From Octopus sinensis (lineage: Eukaryota): a stretch of 64,000 nucleotides of DNA. Positions 12,711 through 25,265 of the stretch are shown one piece after another. The stretch spans positions 207,824,001 through 207,888,000 of the forward strand of contig NC_042998.1 in NCBI RefSeq assembly GCF_006345805.1, in the 5' to 3' direction. Under the pieces are notes generated by a model. That model saw only the letters and a program-made list of their open reading frames with translations, made no database searches and had not been told where the DNA came from. Position 1 is the first letter of the stretch; each line of letters begins with the position of its first letter. Position numbers and translations under genes: made by a program.

Positions 12711-12778
12711 GTCTAGAACATGAGTTTATTCAATGAAAACATTCCCAAAGTTGGGTACTTTTAAATAGGAACTGAAAT

Positions 12779-13178
12779 AGACGCAGGAGTGGCTGTGTGG
12801 TAAGTAGCTTGCTAACCAACCACATAGTTCCGGGTTCAGTCCCACTGCGTGGCACCTTGGGCAAGTGTCTTCTACTATAGCCTCGGGCCTTCCAAAGCCT
12901 TGTGAGTGGATTGGTAGACGGAAACTGAAAGAAGCCCGTCATATTATTATATATATATATGCGTTGTGTGTTGTTGTGTGTCTGTGTTTGTCCCCCTAGC
13001 ATTGCTTGACAACCGATGCTGGTGTGCTTATGTCCCCGTTGCAAAGAGACCGATGGAATAAGTACTGGGCTTACAAAAAGAATAAGTCCCGGGGTCGAGT
13101 TGCTCGATTAAAGGCGGTGCTCCAGCATGGCCGCAATCAAATGACTGAAACAAGTAAAAGAATAAAAGAGTAAAAGAG
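12779..13178 (+). mobile_element. SINE family 3 (tRNA head, CORE-like segment, internal TA/TG microsatellite, LINE-like tail)
   Basis: GCAGGAGTGGCTGTGTGGTAAG...GGCACCTTGGGCAAGTGTC...GGCGGTGCTCCAGCATGGCC...TAAAAGAG. Confidence 0.9.
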
Positions 13179-15073
13179 TATAATAATGCCTGATACATCA
13201 GAACTTAGAGATTTCAAAACAATATAATTTTGTAAATCATTAACCACCGTCTGTAAATCATCAATATTCTTAATTAGCCAACTTTCTAAATTCCTTCCCT
13301 ACATTTTGCATGATGTTTCCAGCAGACGGGGGAAAGCCAAATAACTACAAATTCCAGAAATCATATTGAAATCATTAATTCTTCTTTGAAGATATTGTCC
13401 AAATATATTTTAAAATATTGGAAATTCTTCGTTATTATTATTATTATTATTATTATTATGGTTTTCCATTTGAAGTTCAACTCATTTCACCAGACTCATC
13501 ATTAACATCTAGAATGTGAGAAAAAATGTTTGTTCTTTGTGTGTGTGTGTGTGTGTGGTGTGTGTGTGTGTGTGTGTGTGTGTATGACGTTGAACGACCC
13601 AGGAATCTAATTACATTTTATACAAATTTATAGCAATCATCACGGCAAGTCTGTATTTGATTATATTTTTTGCCTTGTAGTATAATATTCAATTCTTATA
13701 GCTTTGTTGTAATATTTGCTACAGTGTTAATTTTTGAAGCCATTCCTTGTCTTCAAGAAAGGTTACGTTTTTATAGCAATTAAGAGATTAACACACTTTA
13801 CTGGCCAAGTAAACAGATAAACAATTACAAAATACTTTGTTGAATAAATCATGTTACAGGGGTCAATCTCCTTGTTTTAAATATGGGAAATATTCTTTAA
13901 ATTGAATTACTGATGTTTCTAATTAATCATTATGTAACAGCCAGAACCAAAATGATTTATTACGCGTTTAGCAGATATCGGTATGCACCAACAAACAGTA
14001 AGAACCATCACTCTTGTTCAGATTGATTAATCCGAGGCTGGTTGTGACTGTGGAGGCATAACCAAGTCAAAACATCACGGTGTCTCGAAGGATTCTTTAC
14101 GTTAATGTATCGAATGTTCCGGGTAGACACACCATCTAAAGGGAGAAGACGTTCTCCGATGAATAAAACACAACATCGGTCTGTAAATGCAGTTCCAAAT
14201 CTGCTGAAACGTATTACGAAAGAATAAATACATCATTGTTGTGCTGTTTTCAGTTGTCTAAATGAAAGATAGGAACTAAATTTTGGCTGTTTGTTTTTGT
14301 TCACAGTTCTAGTTTTTTTTTACTTTTCTGTCAAGCAGAAATTTTCAATATTTCGCTTTTGTATTTGGTTTGGCGACTTGAAGTGAGATCTTGTGTTGAA
14401 ACAGGTTTTATCGTATCTCGGGACGGTCGTTATGCCAAACAAGCACACACGCTGGTTTTGTTTCACCTCTTTACTATTCATCAAATTAACTGACTAAACT
14501 GTCTGTAATTGGAGTTTTTAGGTTCTCTATTTATGTAGTTGTATGAATGTGTGTGCGAGAGAGAGAGGAAGAGGAGAGAGAGGGATAGGAGAGAGGGATA
14601 GGAGAGAGGGGGAGAGAGATGAAAGAGAAAGAAAGAGAGAAAAATGTGAAGCTGGTTTTGAGTAAAGAGGACATGTCACCGAAAAAGTCGCAAAGGGGAC
14701 GAAAGGTCTTTGAGAAATATAAGCGGTTGATCGATTAATCGAATGATAAATAAAGCATTTGATCAGCTAATTCGCTGAATAGTTAATCACTTGACAAATG
14801 ATACAGAAGTGAAATGGAATCAGTGCGTGTGCTTATTATTTCATTGGAGAACCACCACCAATATCCGTAAAGGCCAAGGAAGAATTATCGTCTGAACGAG
14901 AAATGTATTCTTCACCAACTGAAGCTATTCATAAGATATTGATACACCGTCGATTATAAAGCCACTGTTCCTGGCTGTAGTCACAAAACAATCATAACTG
15001 GGAAAAAAGGGAAGATTTTGTAGGCCTGGTTTAGGGAGCTGGAAACCCTAATTCAGTACATGCATACACCCTC

Positions 15074-15855
15074 TATTTCTTTACTACCCACAAGGAGCTA
15101 AACACAGAGAGGACAAACAAGGACAGACAAACGGGTTAAGTCGATTATATCGACCCCAGTGTGTAACTGATACTTATTTAATTGACCTCGAAAGGATGAA
15201 AGACAAAGTCGACCTCGGCGGAATTTGAACTCAGAACGTAACGGCAGACGAAATACCTATTTCTTTACTACCCACCAAGGGGCTAAACACAGAGAGGACA
15301 AACAAGGACAGACAAACGGGTTAAGTCGATTATATCGACCCCAGTGCGTAACTGGTACTTATTTAATTGACCCCCGAAAGGATGAAAGGCAAAGTCGACC
15401 TCGGCGGAATTTGAACTCAGAACGTAACGGCAGACGAAATACCCTATTTCTTTACTACCACCAGGGGCTAAACCAGACAGGAGGACAAACAAGGACAGAC
15501 AAAGGGTTAAGTCGATTATATCGACACCAGTGTGTAACTGGTACTTATTTAATTGACCCCGAAGGATGAAAGACAAAGTCGACCTCGGCGGAATTTGAAC
15601 TCAGAACGTAACGGCAGACGAAATACCTATTTCTTTATACCCACCAAGGGGCTAAACACAGAAGAGGACAAACAAGGACAGACAAACGGGTTAAGTCGAT
15701 TATATCGACACCAGTGCGTAATGGTACTTATTAATTGACCCCGAAAGGATGAAAGAAGGGCAAGTCGACCTCGGCGGAATTTGAACTCAGAACGTAGCGG
15801 CAGACGAAATACCGCTAAGCATTTCGCCCGGCGTGCTAACGTTTCTGCCAGCTCA
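15074..15855 (-). mobile_element. SINE family 2, tetrameric, with 11-bp TSD
   Basis: One head plus four units of about 185 bp; CATACACCCTC at 15063-15073 and 15856-15866. Confidence 0.92.
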
Positions 15856-15994
15856 CATACACCCTCGTATCTATGTTACGGCTTGGGGTGTTACCGTATT
15901 GACTCGTATATAAGTCGCACGATTTATACACGAGTAAATATGGCGTCTGTGCATGTGTATTTCTGTGTGTCATTATATGTACATACTTACATAA

Positions 15995-16381
15995 GTGGAG
16001 GCGCAATGGCCCAGTGGTTAGGGCAGCGTACTCGCGGTCGTAGGATCGCGGTTTCGATTCCCAGACCGGGCGTTGTGAGTGTTTATTGAGCGAAAACACC
16101 TAAAAGCTCCACGAGGCCTCCGGCAGGGGATGTGATGATCCACTGCTGTACTCTTTCACCACAACTTTCTCTCACTCTTACTTCCTATTTCTGTTGTACC
16201 TGTATTTCAAGGGGCCGGCCTTTGTAACTCTCTGTGTCACGCTGAATATCCCGAGAACTGCTAAGGGTATAGTGTCTGTGGAGTGCTCAGCCACTTACAC
16301 GTTATTTCACGAGCAGGCTGTTCCGTTGATTCGGATCAACCGGAACCCACGTCGTCGTAACCGACGGAGTGCTTCCATATC
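15995..16381 (+). mobile_element. SINE family 1, long body, with 13-bp TSD
   Basis: CATACTTACATAA at 15982-15994 and 16382-16394. Confidence 0.92.
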
Positions 16382-17047
16382 CATACTTACATAAACACAA
16401 ATATACACCTGTGTGTGTATGTGTGTGTGTGTGTGGTATATATTCACGCATAAGTTACTCTATTTTAACTCGAGTTTAACTGAAAAAACTAGGGTGCCAC
16501 ATATACATGAATGCATCTTATACGGAAATAAAGAGAATCCCTTTATTGGTAAGGAATACAGCAGAGGGCGCCAGAGTTGATTGGCGGAACACGAACTCTC
16601 GAAGTTTCAGCCGATAAGTTACAAAAGCACCCCACTAGAATTCAGGCAGTAAACATCGATAATCCAGATAGTAAGATTAATATAAGAGAGGGAATAAGCC
16701 GAGATGTAACAGAAATGCAATCGAAGCGATTAAAAGATCAACGCGGTCTAAGTTAAAGACGACCAAACGTTCAGCCACATCGATGAAATATAATCCCGGA
16801 CGGTGTTATTCAAATCACATCGTTCATAAATATAAAAGTTTTGACAATTAAACGGCCTCGGTACAAGTAAGAACCGGAATAACTCATAAAACGAACATCA
16901 ACGTAATCAGAGGATATGGCGACATGTTACACTGGCCAGAGAGCCTGCGGTGGCCATCGTCGGTAAGACCTTCCATATACATATATATATATATACACAC
17001 ATACACACATGCACATACGTATACACACGCATATATGTGTATATGCA

Positions 17048-17111
<64 letters not shown>

Positions 17112-17353
17112 AACCTATATCTATCTATCTATCTATCTATCATCCCCCTCTCTTTATATATATCTATATATATATATATAAATATGTAGTATTATGTATA
17201 TATGTGTGTGGTATATATATTTATGTGTGTATATATGTGTTTATGTGAGTGGGTTTGTGTGTGTATATATGTGTATGTATATATATTGTATGTATATAGA
17301 TATATATACTATATATATATATATATATTATATATATATATATATATGTATTA

Positions 17354-17416
<63 letters not shown>

Positions 17417-17448
17417 ATATATATATAATATTATTATATATGTCTATA

Positions 17449-17496
<48 letters not shown>

Positions 17497-18310
17497 ATGT
17501 GTGTGTGTGTGTGTGTATAGCCGAAGCTTAGCTATATACGTCACAAATCAATCAACAATCACATTACAGCAGCTTATGCGTTGGTTTGTAAGACGTGGGC
17601 TTTTCACTTGCGGGGCAGTTTGTTTGCTTTTTTAAAATATGTAGTAGTAGTAGAAGAAGAAGAAGAAGAAGAAGAAGAAGAAAGAAGAAGAAGAAGAAGA
17701 AGAAGAAGAAGAAGAAGAAATAAAGCGGTCGGGAATACTTGTAAAAGGTGTCAGTGAAAGAAAGTAGAAGAACCAGAAGATGATAAGAAATTGCAAAAAA
17801 ATGAAAGTGAAGAAAATTTTTGTTATGGAACTATTCTGAAAAATATCAGATTTCTTTTTAAAGTTCATCGCTAAATTCTTCAAATATTTGAGAGAAAAGA
17901 AACAGGTGTAGCTGTGTGGTTAAGCAACTCGCTTTGCTACCATGTGGTTTTGGTTTCAGGCTCTTTACGAAGCAGCTTGGTTGAATGTCTCCGACTCTAG
18001 CTCCGGAGTGACGAACGCTTCCATGACTGAATTTGATAGGCAGAAACGGTGCGGAAGCCCGTCGTATACACACACACATATAAATGAATAAATAGATTCA
18101 AGAAGAAGGAGTAGTTAGACAGCTATTTAATAAACACTACACATGTTTCGATACAACATAGGTCCACATATATACAGAATTTAAATTTAAATTAAGCGAC
18201 GGTTTACCTGTATAATGGGACCCAGTTGTATCTCCCAAGGTAATAATCGCTGTCCCCGTTAGTAAATCTTTGACTTTGAAGCTATTACATCCAACTATAT
18301 ATATATATAC

Positions 18311-18722
18311 ACAGACATGGAAGATCCTGGAAGGAATTGTGCCAAATTTTGGCATTGGAAGTTACACCAATGCCAGAACGGGACGACACTGCATAGTGCC
18401 AAAGGTCCCAGCAATGCCATTACGCTTCAGGACTAGTTACTGCAACACCCTGGGTTTCAAGGGCCCACAGCTTTTTAATATTCTCCCAAAGAGCCTGAGG
18501 AACTTGCACAAAGTAGATGTAGGATTTTTTAAATCAAAGCTGGACCTCTTCCTGTCGAGAGTCCCAGATGAACCTACCTCACAGCAAGAGGTGCAAATGA
18601 GGGTAGCTATATGAAACTCCATGCTTCACCAAGTGCCACATATTAAAGGAGGCTTTTAGTAATAACAGCGTAGCAAAACGGCGGTGCATCAGCATGGCCA
18701 CAGCTCTGAGCTGAAACTAGAG
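18311..18722 (+). mobile_element. CR1/L2-group LINE 3' end
   Basis: WKILEGIVPN...GPQLFNILPKSLR...FKSKLDLFLSRVPDEP is a typical C-terminus for this group; the 3'UTR ends in a hairpin shared with SINE family 3. Confidence 0.8.
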
Positions 18723-19659
18723 GGAAAAAAATTATATATTATTGTGCCTGGGGAGTCATTCTCTTTTAACTGAAAACAACTATGGAAAAGGTTGCAGACG
18801 CAACGAAAATTTTAGAAAAACTAAAATGAGTGAAAATCGAACCGGTGAGTGTGTTAAATAATAAGTTACTAAAAGTGAATGACTCACTTCAGACAGAATA
18901 AAATATGATTCAACACACAAATTCACATAAAGAATCTTGCAAACCAACTACAAAAACCAAATATATGTGTGTGTGTGTATGTATATGTATGTATATATAT
19001 ATATGTCCAACACCATCACCACTTGACAAGTGGTGTTGTTCTGTTTAGGCCCTCGTAACTTACCAGTTTTTCAAAATAATGAAGTGTTGTGAGCTTCATG
19101 CCTTTCTCAACACGTGCATTAACATAATCGGAGTGCAGGCAAACGGAGAGCCGGAATTAACCGGAATTAACCATAAACTGACGAATGTTTTGACAGTTTA
19201 TATGAATCGCCACGTGACAAAGAAATTACGGCATTTATTACTGATTAGTAATTAATTAGTCTCTAACTGGCCATAACAGGCAACGACCGGGTCACTGTAG
19301 TGAGTCAGAAGTTCGGACATTTATAGGCAACTAAATTAATAAAGAAATGAATTATTAATTGACTCTACGTTGGGTTGTTAATTAATAAACTAAATTAAAA
19401 GACAATGAATTAGCAGAATCAGGTGATCGTCTGGCAAAATATCTTGTGGAATTATTTAATTATGTCTCATATGTTTTGAGTTCGAATCACACCCATGACT
19501 CCTTTGCCGATATCTAACTTACAAAGATCGGTGAATTAAGCACTTCGTCAATACCCTCGCTGTCATCGACTTTAAAGTCCTTAGCAACTCCAAAGTCTCA
19601 AGACTGAAACAGATAATAAATATAATAAAACAAAAAAAAATTATTTTCATTTTGTACAT

Positions 19660-19800
19660 TATTTACATTTGACGGATATTTGTCCTCATCTAGTTTGTTG
19701 TTAACACAATATTTCGGCTGATATACCCTCCAGCCTTCATCAGGTGTCTTGTGGAAATTTCGAACCTGGGTTCTCATTCCTAAGGTATTTTTCGATGTTG
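19660..19800 (-). mobile_element. Penelope-like terminal repeat, family P3
   Basis: Inverted homologue of 20762-20952; partial copy at about 45920-46020. Confidence 0.7.
19703..19748 (-). ncRNA. Minimal type I hammerhead ribozyme-like motif
   Basis: GACAC CTGATGA A GGCTG gagggtatat CAGCC GAAA TAT T GTGTT; stems I and II both 5 bp. Confidence 0.6.
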
Positions 19801-19814
19801 TTGTTATTATAATT

Positions 19815-19859
<45 letters not shown>

Positions 19860-19860
19860 G

Positions 19861-20342
19861 AGTGAGAGAGCAGTTCATGCCATCAAAGTGACACTGGGGT
19901 AAAATATACGAAGCCCAATATACCCATCATGACTACCCGTCTGATAAGGGCACACTAGGCACATGCATTACAACCATATGTGCGCGACATGGTGATCTCA
20001 TATCAAGATAAACAGCACATGACCTTGCAGGTGGGGCCCAGTTAGAATTTTCTTCAGGTTGAGTAGCCCATCCCACTGAAAAGGTCCCTGAATAAGGGTT
20101 GTTTAAGGATGTTGAAAGAACCACCCATGTTTCTAGAGGTGAATTATTCAAACCCCAAAGAATCCCTCTCAACACATGGCTATGATGCTCCCCTACTACT
20201 TCTGGTCGTGATCAGAGATGCACATATCGTCAGCCACTAAGGGACATGCTCAACTGGTTAAGGTCAAACAACTTACAAACACATCTGTGGTATTGAGCAG
20301 AATATTTGCTGTAGCCCATCTTTTATACTGCATCAGGACATT
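19861..20342. mobile_element. Non-coding interspersed element embedded in (TTA)n
   Basis: Both ends abut TTA arrays; a deleted, inverted relative lies at 44268-44430. Confidence 0.7.
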
Positions 20343-20345
20343 TTA

Positions 20346-20416
<71 letters not shown>

Positions 20417-20692
20417 TATTATTATTATTATTATTATTTTCCTTCTTTCTTCAAATTTTCTTCCGTTTGTCGCCGGGTGTTTTCCGTCCACCTAGGGCAA
20501 AGAAGCTCATTGTATGCATTCCCAGATTACACACGCAAATTCACAGATATTTTCTTCTTCTTCTTCTCCTCCTTCTTCTTCTTCTCCTCCTCCTCCTCCT
20601 CCTTGTCCTCCTCCTCCTTCTCCTCCTTCTTCTTCTCCTCCTCTTCCTCCTCCTCCTCCTTCTTCTTCTTCTTCTTCTTCTTATTATTATTA

Positions 20693-20760
<68 letters not shown>

Positions 20761-20825
20761 TAGGTCACTGCCTAGAATCGAAAAATACCTTGGGAATGCG
20801 AACCCAGTTTCGAAATTTCCTCAAG

Positions 20826-20869
20826 GCACCTGATGAATGCTGGAGGGTATATCACCTGAAACGTTGTGT
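20826..20869 (+). ncRNA. Hammerhead-like motif, family P3, stem II degraded
   Basis: GCAC CTGATGA A ...GAAA CGT T GTGT; ACGT palindrome, two mismatches in stem II. Confidence 0.45.
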
Positions 20870-21309
20870 AAACAACAAACAAGATGAGGACAAATATCCG
20901 TCAGATGTAAATAGTGTAAATAATTCCTCATCGCTTAAATATAGAACTGAACAAAATACATTTTAAAAAGTGGATGGTTAATTATTGTTTAACTAAAAAC
21001 AAATTTCATGAATCGCACACAAAATGAAGGACTTTTCCCTGGTTTTCCCCCCACGTCGATGGGAACTCGAATGTGTGTGTGTGTGTGTACACACGCTACC
21101 AAACACACACGCGCGCGCGCTACCACAGAAACACACTTACACACTTACACATGCATACATACCGATCATCTTCACACTCATCTGTCTCAAAAAGCACTTT
21201 CTCTTCCTCCTTCTACTTCCAGTCACTGCAGAAATGTAACTGCACGTGGACTGTTGGGCGAATTTCTCGTCTGTTTTCCTTCTTTCACTTTGGATTTTCT
21301 TGTTTTTCC

Positions 21310-21346
21310 TGTTTCCGACGAAGAACTTTGCTCGAAACGTAAAACA
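21310..21346 (+). ncRNA. Hammerhead-like variant (CCGACGA core)
   Basis: TGTTT CCGACGA A GAAC ttt GCTC GAAA CGT A AAACA. Confidence 0.35.
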
Positions 21347-21494
21347 ACTCTCTTCTTTCATCGAGCGTCATATTAATACACTGGTTGTGTAACGTCCCCA
21401 CATTTGATTAGTTTTTCTTTTCTATTTTTCTCTGCTTTTTGAATTCATATACATGCATACATAAATATATATGTGTATATATATAATATATATA

Positions 21495-21570
<76 letters not shown>

Positions 21571-21590
21571 CATACGTACATATCTATATA

Positions 21591-21635
<45 letters not shown>

Positions 21636-21638
<3 letters not shown>

Positions 21639-21860
21639 CGAGCTGGCAGAAACGCTAGCAGCGCCGGGCGAAATGCGTAGCCGTATTTCGTCTGCCGTTA
21701 CGTTCCGAGTTCAAATTCCGCCGAGGTCGACTTTGCCTTTCATCCTTTCGGGGTCGATAAATTAAGTACCAGTTACGCACTGGGATCGATGTAATCGACT
21801 TAATCCGTTTCTCTGTCCTTGTTTGTCCCCTCTGTGTTTAGCCCCTTGTGGGTAGTAAAG

Positions 21861-21866
<6 letters not shown>
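21636..21866 (+). mobile_element. SINE family 2 monomer
   Basis: Full head and body, inserted within (TA)n. Confidence 0.9.
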
Positions 21867-21909
<43 letters not shown>

Positions 21910-21989
21910 GCATATATACATACATATGTGTACATACCTACATCAATATGTGTATATACATGCATATATGGGTGCAGGACATATTTGGC

Positions 21990-22203
21990 TGCGAGCTGGC
22001 AGAATCGTTAGCACACCGGGCGAAATGCTGAGCGGTATAAGGTCTACCGTTACGTTCTGAGTTCACATTCCGCCGAGGTCGACTTTGCCTTTCATCCTTT
22101 CGTGGTCGATTAAATAAGTACCAGTTACGCACTGGGGTCGATGTAATCGACTCAATTCCTTGTTTGTTTCCCCTTTGTTTAGCCCCCTGTGGGCAATAAA
22201 GAA
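21990..22203 (+). mobile_element. SINE family 2 monomer
   Basis: GCGAGCTGGCAGAATCGTTAG...GGCAATAAAGAAATA. Confidence 0.85.
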
Positions 22204-23125
22204 ATATACATATATATACAGGACATCAAAAAGCGTGAACAAAATGAGAAACGAGTATATAAATACAAAAACATTGAAAACGAACTTTTTTTTCGAACAA
22301 CGAAAAAACAAAACAAAAAGAGAAACGAGACAGGCAATATAAAGAACGTTCCCTTCATCAGCTGTTCCCTGTTTTAACTACTCCGCGTTTCGAACGTAGG
22401 GACAAGACGCGACTTCGTTAAAACAGTCGTTCCCGCAAAGCAATCGAAAACAAAATGGGGATTTGCGAAGGGTTAAAATGGTGACAAAAACAGGAGAGTG
22501 AGAACAAAACAGTAAAAACAAGCGGTAAGGGCTGTTGAGCCATAACGAGATGAAGTGGGGAACGCTGGAGAAACGAGCTTTGAGAAGAGACAGGCAAAAA
22601 CACGTCTTGTCTTTAGGAAGGAAGTGGAAGAAAGAAAGATAGATAACCGTTGGTCACGTGTGAGCAACGAGAGTCAAGGAGGAAGAGTAAGGGAGAGAGA
22701 GAGGGAACGATGAGGGGAAGAGGAGAAGAATTAGAGAAAGGGTGGAAGAGAAAAACAGAAAAGAAGAGGGAGATAGAATAGAGATAGGTTGTAGAGTGCG
22801 CATCGGAATTATTAGGATAAAACTTACTTGGAAATGGATGCGTAACGTTCGATCATCTAATAATATAAATAATATATTGATATATGCATATATACATATA
22901 TATACATACCTACATATGTATGTATATACGCATGCATATATGAGTACAGAACTTCAAAAAAACGTGAACAAAATGAAAAACGAGCACATGAAAAACAAAA
23001 ACATGGTAAACAAATAGAGAAACGAGACATGTAACTTAAAGAACATTCCCTTCATCAGTTGTCCCTTGTTTTCTCTACTCCGCGCTTGAAGCGTATAAAT
23101 ATAATCTACTATAAATATAATCTAT

Positions 23126-23291
23126 AGGCGCAGGAGTGGCTGTGTGGTAAGTAGCTTGTTTACCAACCACATGGTTCCGTGTTCAGTTCCAGTGTGTGGC
23201 ACCTTGGGTAAGTGTCTTCTACTATAGCCTCGGGCCGACCAAAGCCTTGCGAGTGGATTTGGTAGACGGAAACCGAAAGAATCCCGTCGTA

Positions 23292-23335
<44 letters not shown>

Positions 23336-23555
23336 TGTGTGTGTTTGTGTGTCTGTGTTTGTTCCCCTAGCATTGCTTGACAACCGATGCTGGTGTGTTT
23401 ATGTCCCCGTTACTTAGCGGTTCGGCAAAAGAGACCGATAGAATAAGTACTGGGCTTACAAAAAAATAAGTCCCGGGGTCGAGTTGCTCGATTAAAGGCG
23501 GTGCTCCAGCATGATCGCAGTCAAATGACTGAAACAAGTAAAAGAGTAAAAGAGT
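23126..23555 (+). mobile_element. SINE family 3
   Basis: Same structure as 12779-13178. Confidence 0.9.
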
Positions 23556-24018
23556 ATACCTGTTTCGGTAGAATTTTATTGAGGCATTCATAGGTTACAT
23601 CCTCAGGCAAAAATTCTTTAACATGAGTAAACAGGCGAGATAAAACGTAGGCTATGACCTTCCCAACAACCAGCATGGGGAATAAGTTTAATCAGCGGCA
23701 ATTTCCAAAGGTAACCCCACGACCGACAGTTTCGTGCAAATATCAATCAAAACCTCTTGGCGTTGAATCACCTTTGAAACGCTCTGTTTTACTTTTTTTC
23801 ACTTTTTACTTGTTTCAGTCATTTGACTGTGACCATGCTGGAGCACCGCCTTTGGTCAAGCAAATCACTCCAGGACTTATTCTTTGTAAACCTAGTTCTT
23901 ATTCTATCGGTCTCTTTTGCCGAACCGCTAAGTTACGGGGGCGTAAACACACCCACATCGGTTGTCAAGCGATGTTGGGGCGGACAAATAGAGGTACACA
24001 CACACACACACACGTATA

Positions 24019-24051
<33 letters not shown>

Positions 24052-24751
24052 TATATATATATATATATGCATGTGTGTGTTTGTGTGTCTGTGTTTGTTC
24101 CCCTAGCATTGCTTGACAACCGATGCTGGTGTGTTTATGTCCCCGTTACTTAGCGGTTCGGCAAAAGAGACCGATAGAATAAGTACTGGGCTTACAAAAA
24201 AATAAGTCCCGGGGTCGAGTTGCTCGATTAAAGGCGGTGCTCCAGCATGATCGCAGTCAAATGACTGAAACAAGTAAAAGAGTAAAAGAGTATACCTGTT
24301 TCGGTAGAATTTTATTGAGGCATTCATAGGTTACATCCTCAGGCAAAAATTCTTTAACATGAGTAAACAGGCGAGATAAAACGTAGGCTATGACCTTCCC
24401 AACAACCAGCATGGGGAATAAGTTTAATCAGCGGCAATTTCCAAAGGTAACCCCACGACCGACAGTTTCGTGCAAATATCAATCAAAACCTCTTGGCGTT
24501 GAATCACCTTTGAAACGCTCTGTTTTACTTTTTTTCACTTTTTACTTGTTTCAGTCATTTGACTGTGACCATGCTGGAGCACCGCCTTTGGTCAAGCAAA
24601 TCACTCCAGAACTTATTCTTTGTAAACCTAGTTCTTATTCTATCGGTCTCTTTTGCCGAACCGCTAAGTTACGGGGGCGTAAACACACCCACATCGGTTG
24701 TCAAGCGATGTTGGGGCGGACAAATAGAGGTACACACACACACACACACAC

Positions 24752-24790
<39 letters not shown>
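23333..24790. repeat. 736-bp tandem duplication bounded by (TA)n
   Basis: 23333-24014 matches 24069-24752; I saw only one substitution outside the microsatellites. Confidence 0.95.
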
Positions 24791-24808
<18 letters not shown>

Positions 24809-24970
24809 CATATACATATATACGACGGGATTCTTTCAGTTTCCGTCTACCAAATCCACTCACAAGGCTTTGGTCGGCCCGAGGCTATAGTAGAAGACAC
24901 TTGCCCAAGGTGCCATGCAGTGGGAATGAACCCGGAACCATGTGGTTGGTAAGCAAGCTACATACCACGG
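24527..24970 (-). mobile_element. SINE family 3, inverted relative to the 23126 copy
   Basis: Reverse complement of the family 3 structure. Confidence 0.88.
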
Positions 24971-24974
24971 CTTA

Positions 24975-25265
24975 GGGTATTTGATTCATGATCGTTAGTT
25001 CGTGATTTCGATTACCGGTGACGCGTTGTGTCCTTGTGTCCTTGTGCAAGACACTTTATTACTCGTGACCCCTGCCCACTTATCTGCCAAAAAATGTGTT
25101 GCCCCTGCAATTCAAATCCCCAACCTTGTTACATTCTGTGTCACACTGAATTTTCCTGATAACTACATTAAGAGTACCCTTGTCTCTGGGGTGCTCAACC
25201 ACTTGGACGTAAATTTCACGAGCAGGTTCACCTGAAACACCCGTTGTCGCAACCGACGGAGTGCC
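24975..25265 (+). mobile_element. Degenerate CORE-head SINE with family 1 body
   Basis: TGTCCTTGTGCAAGACACTTT...GTCACACTGAAT...TTTCACGAGCAGG...AACCGACGGAGTGCC. Confidence 0.7.

Noticed and set aside
13990-14230. Minus-strand exon after TTTCAG (RFGTAFTDRCCVLFIGERLLPLDG...)
   Set aside because: No convincing donor, no recognisable homology.
16700-16970. Penelope-like RT fragment (NPGRCYSNHIVHK)
   Set aside because: Only a loose motif resemblance with many stops; not enough to call.
22330-22400. Hammerhead at CTGATGAAGGG on the minus strand (also about 23050)
   Set aside because: No downstream GAAA or compatible stems; probably a Penelope-like terminus, but the fold is not supported.
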